Origin: Octopus bimaculoides
Taxonomy: Eukaryota
Assembly (NCBI RefSeq): GCF_001194135.2
Contig: NC_068993.1
Span: 55,701,335 to 55,765,334 of the forward strand
Direction of reading: 5' to 3'
DNA length: 64,000 nt
The translations under genes were made by a program, and so were the position numbers. Shown in pieces: positions 55,375-64,000 of the stretch. Below the pieces are notes generated by a model. That model saw only the letters and a list, made by a program, of their open reading frames with translations, did not search any database and was not told where the DNA came from. Within the stretch, counting starts at the first letter, position 1. Each line of letters opens with the position of its first letter.

Positions 55375-55512
55375 TGAAACTCTGCCAAATCAGATTTGAG
55401 CTTGGTGTAGCCATCTGGTTCACCAGTCCTCAGTCAAATCGTCCAGCCCATGCTAGCATGGAAAGCGGACGCTAAACGATGATGATGATGATGATGATAA
55501 TGATGATGATGA
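55375..55512 (+). mobile_element. (GAT)-tail SINE/RTE-type 3' repeat
   Basis: aactctgccaaatc...cagtcaaatcgtccagcccatgctagcatggaaagcggacgctaaacgatgatg. Confidence 0.85.
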
Positions 55513-55559
55513 TATAATATGTATGTATATATGTAGGGGGGAGAATTCACAAAAAAAAA

Positions 55560-55705
55560 ACCAAGATGAAGGCTGGTGGTGTAGACAACAAACAGATGTA
55601 TTAGTTTAACGCTCGGGAAATGAAAAAGTCTCTAACGTTTCGAGCCTACGCTCTTCCACAGAAAGGAACACAGAAAGAAACAAGGAGAGAAAATAAAGAA
55701 TGTAT
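55560..55705 (-). mobile_element. Probable Penelope-like terminal fragment with a hammerhead-like fold
   Basis: The minus strand reads cttt-CTGTGGA-A-GAGC-GTAG-GCTC-GAAAC-GTT-agag. Confidence 0.45.
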
Positions 55706-55775
55706 ATATGTATGTATATAATAAATCATAATCTAAGAAGACTGGTCATGTTCTATGTCAGCATAAATTGCATTC

Positions 55776-56136
55776 AGTTCTCGGGGGGGGNNNNNNNNNN
55801 NNNNNNNNNNNNNNNNNNNNNNNNNNNNNNNNNNNNNNNNNNNNNNNNNNNNNNNNNNNNNNNNNNNNNNNNNNNGGGGGGGGGGGAGATTCAGCATGAC
55901 AGTGTGTGACAAGGCTGACCCTTTGAATTACAGGCACAACAGAAACAGGAAGTAAGAGTGAGAGAAAGTTGTGGGGAAAGAGTACAGCAGGGTTCGCCAC
56001 CATCCCCTGCCGGAGCTTCGTGGAGCTTTAGGTGTTTTCGCTCAATAAACACTCACAACGCCCGGTCTGGGAATTGAAACCGCGATCTTATGACCACAAG
56101 TCCGCTGCCTTAACCACTGGGCCATTGCGCCTCCAC
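55776..56136 (-). mobile_element. tRNA-derived SINE, same family as 31534-32273
   Basis: Reverse complement of the ggaggcgcaatggcccagtggtt... element. A G-run and N-gap fall at the position of the tccccgagaac motif. Confidence 0.88.
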
Positions 56137-57754
56137 CTTGGAGATGTAGGACTTTGATAAATGAGTAATGTAGTGTTCTGTTGTGTTAAAGTGAGTAGCA
56201 ATAGGTTGGCCCTGCATACGTATGAATGTTTGTGAAAGTTATTGATGAGGCGATGGCCTGTTTCACCAACAATGTAAAGGGCACAAGCATTTTACGTATA
56301 TATAGATATACATACACTCATGTGCTAAACTCATACGTGCACACCCACACACATGCATATGAAAGACTCTTACAGAGACAAGCATACGCACAAACACATA
56401 TGCTCAGATGGTAGACACACAGGATGTGAACAAATACTTTGCAATCATACTGTATTGCTATATGTTGTCCTTGTGAGATATATTTATATATATTTGGTAA
56501 ATGATGGACAGAGAGAGAAAGGGAGTATTGTTCATATCACAAGTGCCAAACTAAACTCTCTCTCGCTTTCACCACTTTAGACAAGAAAGAATATTTTATT
56601 GTTTTCATTAAAAAAAATTTCACTGTTATGTCCAATATTTCAACACTTCTCCATAGTTCTTATNNNNNNNNNNNNNNNNNNNNNNNNNNNNNNNNNNNNN
56701 NNNNNNNNNNNNNNNNNNNNNNNNNNNNNNNNNNNNNNNNNNNNNNNNNNNNNNNNNNNNNNNNNNNNNNNNNNNNNNNNNNNNNNNNNNNNNNNNNNNN
56801 NNNNNNNNNNNNNNNNNNNNNNNNNNNNNNNNNNNNNNNNNNNNNNNNNNNNNNNNNNNNNNNNNNNNNNNNNNNNNNNNNNNNNNNNNNNNNNNNNNNN
56901 NNNNNNNNNNNNNNNNNNNNNNNNNNNNNNNNNNNNNNNNNNNNNNNNNNNNNNNNNNNNNNNNNNNNNNNNNNACACAAACACGTCTACACACTTACCC
57001 TATTACCCACGTACATCCATAAGTACATACGTGCATACTCACATACATACATATATGCATATATACATACATGTGTATAGGCATGCACACATGCATACGC
57101 ATGTACACAGATGCATACGCGCACACATGTACACACATACATACATACATACATACACATGTACATGTATATCATGAACTAACTATTACTTTCTCAGATG
57201 CAGCACAGAATTTTGTCAGTGAACAGGTCGCGGTCTCAAAGCGACGAAAATATTTTGACAAATTAAATTTAAATGTTGAAGTGTATCTAACGGATTTTGT
57301 GTGTTATTTTAAATGGCTTATAAACACCTTCCACGCTGCAATTGTATATATATATATATATATATTACATTAACAAGACTGTTATTTCATTTATTTCGAC
57401 ATTACCCGTAGTGGGGGACGGTGGTAGTGGTAGTGACAGTAGTAATAGCGGCAGGAGTAGACATGATGTGGTAGAAGTAAGATTGATTTTGGTGATGGTG
57501 ATGATAACAGATGTTGATGGGGGTGTTGGTGATGATTGTTGTTATTTAGCATCAGGCCAGTTTTGACCAAGCACATCTGTGATTATAGGCATTTAGGCTG
57601 TGCCCATCCCATCTTTCCAGGCACACTGTACTTGGGGACCTCATTATGCAATTTAATCATGTTTCGTTTTAAGACATTAAAATGTGATTTGACATAATTT
57701 TGTCAGTTCTGGAAAGAGAAAGATGACTGGCAAAGTTGATTCTAACAGTCTGGT

Positions 57755-58060
57755 ACTCTGTCGTTATGACGACGAGGATTCCAGTTGATCTGATCAACGG
57801 AACGCCCTGCTTGTGAACTTAATGTACACTCCGTCTACACATGTACCCTTAATGTAGTTTCCAGGGAGATTCAGCGTGACACAGTGTGACAAAGTTGCCC
57901 TTTTGAAATACAGGTACTACTCATTTTTGCTTGCTGAGTGGACTGGAACAGTGTGAAATAAAGTGTCTTGCTGAAGGACACAATGCATTGCTGGGAATTG
58001 AACTCATGACCTTATGATCATGAGCCAAATGCCCTAACCACTAGGCCACATGCTTTCATG
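57755..58060 (-). mobile_element. Older copy of the same SINE family
   Basis: ccagttgatctgatcaacggaac...gggagattcagcgtgacacagtgtgacaa...ctaaccactaggcc. Confidence 0.7.
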
Positions 58061-58089
58061 ATTTTAACAGTATTTGTTTAATAATAATT

Positions 58090-58783
58090 AAATCATTTCC
58101 AATTTGGGTACAATTTGAGGAGAGGGAATTTGTTGATACCATTGATATCAGTCTTTGACTGGTACTTATTTTATCAACCCTGAAAAGATGAAAGGCAAAG
58201 GTTGGCCTTGGCAGAATTTGAATTCAGAATGTAAAGAGTTGGGAGAAATCCCACGGAGCATTTCTTTGGCACCCTAACAATTCTGTTAGATCACCACTCT
58301 TGAAATAATGGTTGAAAAAGTGGTTGGCATTAGGAAGGGCACCTGGCTGTAAAAACCATGCCAAAACAGACCTCGCTGGTGTTGGTGCTACATAAAAGCA
58401 CTTGGTCCACTCTGTGAAGTGGTTGGTGTTAGGAAGGGCATCCAGCTGTAAAAACCATGCCAAATCAGACTGGAACCTGGTGCAGTATTCTGGCAAACCG
58501 TCCAACCCTTGCCAGCATGGAAAATGGACGTTAAATGATGAAGATGATGATGTACAAGGCTAGCAATTTTAAGGGGAAGGGTTAAGGCCATTTGTCTCAA
58601 AAGGATGAGAAGTGAAGTTGACCTGGACAGGATTTGAAAGCAGAACATAAATAGCTGGGATAAATGCTGCAAGCCATTTTTCTTGACATTTTAAGGATTC
58701 TTGCCAGCTTGCTGGACCCATTCATTATTTATAAAACATACTACAAAAGGGATTATCAGACATGATGGAGATTTACTTATATT

Positions 58784-58825
<42 letters not shown>

Positions 58826-59075
58826 CTTGAGAAGACCTGTTGAGTCAAGTGAAATCATTGTCGTGGCCAATGCCAGTACTGCCTGACTGGCACATAATAA
58901 AGCACCATTCAAGCATGGTTGATGTCAGTGTCACCTGACTGGCCCCCATGCCAGTGGCATGTAAAAAGCCCCCACTACACTATTGGAGTGGTTGGCGTTA
59001 GGAAGGGCATCCAGCTGTAAAATCCTTACCAGATCAGACTGGAGCCTAGTGGAAAAGTGGACATCAATAAATGAT
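58090..59075. mobile_element. Cluster of decayed SINEs (aaggtggtgag family on minus, (GAT)-tail family on plus)
   Basis: Repeated gtggttggcgttaggaagggcatccagctgtaaaa and ggatgaaaggcaaag motifs. Confidence 0.75.
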
Positions 59076-60079
59076 GAAATGAAATGAGTTGAATAGTTAT
59101 ATTTATTTGATACAAAGATATTGCAATGCACATCTACAGATGATGGTGGTGGAGAAATAAGAAACAGCAATACAGAATACTTAATTTTAACTAGAATTGA
59201 ACCTTCACCTTATGCTTTACATTGAACATTAATACAGAATGTGGTGGTGGTGGTGGTGGGTGTTTTTTTTCATGCTTACTATGGAGAATACTAAACTTGA
59301 ATTTTATTTAAACTTTTGCCCTATACCTAACATCGACAAACAAATAACTAGCTGTAATCCAAAGGGAGAAAAATGTCAACTATTCTACCAGATGGAAAAC
59401 AGAAAAGGAAAATGATGTCATGTAAATGATTACTAATGAGTCTAAAATTATTTAATGTAGTAATGATGCAAAATTAACATATTTCCTATGAATCCACTGT
59501 GGTTGATCCACACGATCTGTATATTACTGGCTTTGCTTTTATGCAGGACACTGCATATGTATGAGAGTGCGCGAGTGCAGAGAGAGAGAGAAAGCGAAGG
59601 AGGGGAGTAAATGAAGAGGTTTTAATTCTCTGCAGAGATATAGTCACACTGTTAATACTTATATTGGGCTTTGTTTGTTTGTTTTTTTTTGTTTTTTTTT
59701 CCCATTCTTTCTTTGTAATTGATTCTGAAATGCATCCAGAGTTGATAATGATAGTGTTACAGACAATTTTTGCATTTTAGGGCTTAGCATTAACTTAGAC
59801 CGATAAAAACCAAAACTATAAGTCGTTTTTGTATTTTTAATTAGATAATATTTTTAAGAATTAAAAGGGTTGAGTGTTAGAGAGATTCTTCAAATCTATG
59901 TAGATTGAGTGTCATTTGGCCTCTGGCTGTTACCAAAGCTTTTCCACCCTGTGTAAATGTGCCTATTTTCTCAGTCCTTTTGTTTTTTCAGGGCCAGGGT
60001 TTTAGCCAGATAACTGATGGATAAACAGGCTGAAAAGAACCAGTGATGTCTGTTGATGTCTAGAATATTTCATTGCTGC

Positions 60080-60300
60080 ATAAACTCCACATTCTACACT
60101 ATCAGCATCTGTCGCTGATACACATGTCACCAATCACACTGCACATTTGTAATATGATCACCACCCAGCAAAATAAAGCAGCTAACATACTTTACACAAC
60201 AGAAAGAGGCTAAAATATCTCCAGAAACAATAAACCAAACCCCACAACAAAGCAAAACTGAGTTTACAAGACATCCCTGTATCATCTTTGAAATAACCTT
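60080..60300 (+). mobile_element. Decayed LINE fragment (endonuclease end/linker)
   Basis: Homologous to the inverted copy at 61085-61460. 60185-60207 is an exact reverse complement of 61148-61170. Confidence 0.55.
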
Positions 60301-60684
60301 ACTCTATAGATTTAGGGATTCAGTACAGTACCCAGTGTAAGCAATGGCTACATTAAAGACAGTGGAACACCTGATTTTCTAAGTGGGGGAACTATAACTT
60401 AAGTGTATTTGATGTGCAAGTGTAGTTTGCAGTAGGAACAGCCTCGGAATAATTACAATAGATTGTTCTAATGGCTTGTTTGGTTTTCCTAGGTAGTGAA
60501 ATTATTGTTTAACCATTTAGTATTGATTATTCTGTCAAATGTAATGTTTATTTATTTATGATGCATGATTAATTCAAAACAACATAAATAAATAAACATT
60601 ACATTTGCAGTGAAACACAGGGGTTGATGTAATTGACTAGTCCCCTCCTCCAAAATTTCAGACCTTGTACCTTTAGTAGAAAGA

Positions 60685-60728
<44 letters not shown>

Positions 60729-61084
60729 AGAATTGGTGGTTTGTTAAATTTAATTCCTTGCCATATCCAGTTGTCTGTTTAAGTTTCTGTATTCAATCTG
60801 CTATAGTTGATTTTGTCACTCATCCTTCTGGGATCAATAAGTACCAGTCATGTACTTGGTTTGATCTAATCAAGTGTACCCATCCCAAAAATTTTGGTCT
60901 TATGCCTAAGTTAGCAATTATTATTGTTATAAAGATGATAAAGTGACAGAAATTGTAGCACACCAGACTAAATTCCAAACATTGTTAAGATTTGCTCCAA
61001 ACATTCTGAGTTCAATCTTACCAGAATCAAATCTGCCTCTCATTTTTTAGGGTTGATGATGTATGTGTGCAATGTTCACTTTGT

Positions 61085-61460
61085 TCATGTAGGCCTATGT
61101 TTCTATGCAGATTCAGTTTTGGTTTGTTGTTTCTGGTGCTATTTTAGTCTTTCTGTTGTGTAAAGTATGTGCAGTATTGGTTATGTTATCTTGTTGCTTC
61201 ATGATTATGTTTCATATGTGCAGTATAGTAGGTGTTATGTGTTCCAATGTCGGAGGGTGCTTGTGTCAAATGTGCAATCTGTATTGCATTAATGTGTTGC
61301 AACTACATAGAATGTGAGTTCTAGTGCCAGGAGTCCGTTATATAAAAGTATGTGTTGTGTTTATTGGATGATGGTTGCATAGGCTGTTTGTTGTGGTCAT
61401 GCCGGAGATAGTATCACTTTAAGACTGAAGTGGTTATATTGTGGACACTATCAATTTACA
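61085..61460 (-). mobile_element. Decayed LINE fragment (endonuclease end/linker), inverted relative to 60080-60300
   Basis: Shares acatactttacacaacagaaaga...taaaata.c.ccagaaacaa.aaaccaaa with the plus-strand copy. The clade assignment is uncertain. Confidence 0.55.
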
Positions 61461-62910
61461 TTAGTAGTGGTGGTGGTGGTGGTGGTGGTGATGTTAGAAA
61501 CTGTCATTTCAAGCTATAAAATGAGATCATGTTGAAGACATTACTATTTTAGATGGGAGTGATCATAATGGGAACACTATCATCATAAATTGCTGTTGAG
61601 GGCCTTACCATTTTTGAATTGGTTGAAGTTATGTTGGGGTCACTGCTACTTTAGATTGTTGTATTTATATTAGAGACTTTGCCTTTTAAACTGTTATTAG
61701 GGTCATGGTAGGAAGCAAAATGATTATATTAATTTTTTAGGATGGTGGTAGTGATTGTTTATATTGATGGTCATTAAGAATAATATAATTCTTGGAAAGG
61801 AGTGCTTAACACACTTGAAAAAAAAAATGGAATATATTGTTTATAATGGTTTCAGATTTTGGTACAAGGCCAGCGCCCCCCCCCCCGTGCTTAACTGGTA
61901 CTTAATTTATTGATTGATCCTGAAAGGATGAAAGGCAAAGTTGACCTTGGCAGAATTTGATCTTAGAATGTAAAGATGGAGAAAATGCTGCTAAGCGTTT
62001 CCTCCACCATGCTAACGATTCTGTTAGCTTGTTGCCTTTTTGTTTGTAAAAGGAATATATCCTGTGACAGCAGGAAGTGAATTGGCAGAGTCATTTGTGC
62101 ATTAGATAGAATGCTTTGTGGTATTTGTTTTAGTTCTCTGCAGTCTGAGTTCAAAACCATGCCAAGTTCAACTTTTCCTTTCATTCTTTTGTGATTGATA
62201 TAGTAACAGTCCAGATTAGTGGATTGGCAAACTTCTGAGAGTGTAGGATGGGTTACTTTATGGTATCTGTTCTAGCTCTGATGGCAAAGCCTGCTATGAT
62301 ACTGGTACCAAACTTTATTAAGCCTCTGCCTTTCCTTTGGACAACTGGGAAGAGGGAAGACTTGACTGCTGATCTTCCATGAAAAGCCTTTTGTAGGCCT
62401 GCACCTTTGATAGGAACTTTGTAAGGTGCATGTTCATTGATCTCACAAAACCTCCTGAGGTCCCAGTGACAGGAGGAATAGCAGCGATGCTTATTAACTG
62501 GTTTTAGGCAATGTTTTGAGAGAAGCAGGGAATGGTTGTAGTCATGGCAAAAGACAAAGACAGTGATGTCATAACATGATGGTGATTCACTCAATGTGGA
62601 CTCTTGGTACATGGAGAATATCTTCTGAGGGATTGATTTTTGTCCCCTGTGTTTGGATGCACGTAATATGTGTTGAAAGATGGACACTTTTAAGCTTCTG
62701 TCTCCTACAAATCCTAAAAATCTTTGTAATAAGATAAGTTTGTGTGTTGTGAGATGAGGTGAAATCTAATATTTAGATAGGAGCCTTCTCTGAAAATGTG
62801 GAGTGAGATAGAGACAAAGCCAAGCTATCTTCACCCATTGATAACAATTTGATAAATCTGGAGAGGTTAAAATATGAGAATAAAATGACAGGGAAGTTGT
62901 GTTTTAGCCT

Positions 62911-62991
62911 TGGGTCAACCCTAACTGGGTCAACCCTAACTGGGTCAACCCTTGGGTCAACCCTTGGGTCAACCCTTGGGTCAACCCTAAC
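62911..62991. repeat. Perfect tandem array of 15-bp and 12-bp units (tgggtcaaccct[aac])
   Basis: Unit pattern 15,15,12,12,12,15 with no substitutions. Confidence 0.95.
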
Positions 62992-64000
62992 TGAATAAAT
63001 CTTTTTCTTATGTACAGTAAAACCAGGACTTCATTATCCAACATGTACTTTTTTTAAGATGGTAGGATCTGGTTTGGCTACTGTTTCTAGCATATGAAGC
63101 AACCATGTAGAAGCTCTCTTGTTGCTTAATAATGATTGAAGTAGAGGTGATAGGTGTAGTTTGTCAGATGAATCATAGTAAAGTGGGTGCTAGCTTACTT
63201 GATAAGGCGAACCAAATAATTTGAATTAAAATTATACCCTTAATCATGAGAACAATCATTTTCTAAATGACTAATTGTGGTCAATAACTAACTAAATAAA
63301 TAAATAAAGAAAGAAAGAAAGAGCAGGAAAAACAACCCCATCAAATTTTTATTCATCAAAATTAATTAAATGCTGTTTGTAGGGTAAGATGAATAGTTAT
63401 GTAGCCAGGTTGTCTGTCATAAGGAGTAACTTTGTGCTCAGTTTTGTTAACTTTATTGAAGTGAGTGGGTGAATGACATCAGGAAATAATGACTAAATCT
63501 TAATCCCCATTTGCTTGCATTAAGCAGCAATATCATAATAAAGCAAGTATTAGAAACAAAAAGTACAGAAAAAAAAAAGGAAAAAAGAATTGTAAAGAAA
63601 CTTCCCAGTCATAGAAAATACAAATCAAGTTTGTTTGCCAGTTGAGCTGGATGTGCTGGTTAACCTCTCCTAAACTTCCCACACCTGTTCTATTATGTTA
63701 ATCCTTCCACACACTTTCAGTACACAATAGAAGGCTGTATAGACTTCTCTGGTTCTTCTCCTGTACCTTCCCTTAATCTCACCCTTCAAACATTACAATT
63801 CACACCACCAAGGCTACTATAATAACTAATTTCATAATCACTGCTACCACCTTCTTCGAACTGTCCACCCACCCACCACCACCACCACCGATACAATCAA
63901 ATCCCCTTAACCACCTTTTATCACAGTCATTGCTACCTGTGGTCACTCAGCCTGCTAGAAATAGCAACCAAATTGCACCCAACAATTTTTTAAGTTGGAA

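Noticed and set aside
57210-57255. Stem-flanked motif resembling another hammerhead
   Set aside because: It lacks the CUGANGA and GAAA core on either strand.
58750-58790. GIIRHDG resembling the start of MIB1 exon 2 (GIKHDG...)
   Set aside because: It has no acceptor and runs into DLLIFICVCV (a TG microsatellite) instead of the ZZ zinc finger CDTCRQQP. No exon 2 was found in the window.
59380-59660. Unique-looking intronic segment with TAAT/ATTA and CRE-like motifs
   Set aside because: It could be a conserved non-coding element, but nothing in the sequence alone supports that.
62253-62687. 144-aa minus-strand ORF
   Set aside because: No recognisable domain. Other frames look like decayed retroelement sequence, so the family cannot be assigned.

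Overview
This is AT-rich, microsatellite- and SINE-dense eukaryotic DNA from a gapped short-read assembly. The repeat families look like those of a coleoid cephalopod, probably Octopus (inference from recognition, not a database search). Only two host coding pieces are solid. One is the first coding exon of a CABLES (Cdk5 and Abl substrate) gene on the minus strand (41486-40969). The other is the first coding exon of mind bomb 1 (MIB1) on the plus strand (50547-50802). They sit head-to-head, about 9 kb apart. Sequence to the left of 40969 is probably CABLES intron and holds a candidate 33-nt micro-exon at 6476-6508. Sequence to the right of 50802 appears to be MIB1 intron 1, and no exon 2 was found. 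The remainder is transposon debris: a near full-length DD37D(maT)-type Tc1/mariner with TIRs and TA target duplication, two hAT MITEs, two DINE-1/HINE-like elements, Tx1/L1, RTE and CR1-type LINE remnants, several tRNA-derived SINE families, Penelope-like tails with hammerhead-like motifs, a foldback element and minisatellites. Almost all entries in the ORF track are artefacts of microsatellites, N-gaps or decayed transposons. I see no convincing novel multi-gene system. The best leads are the CABLES-MIB1 divergent pair, the micro-exon, the hammerhead-like motifs and the intronic dsRNA-forming repeats.
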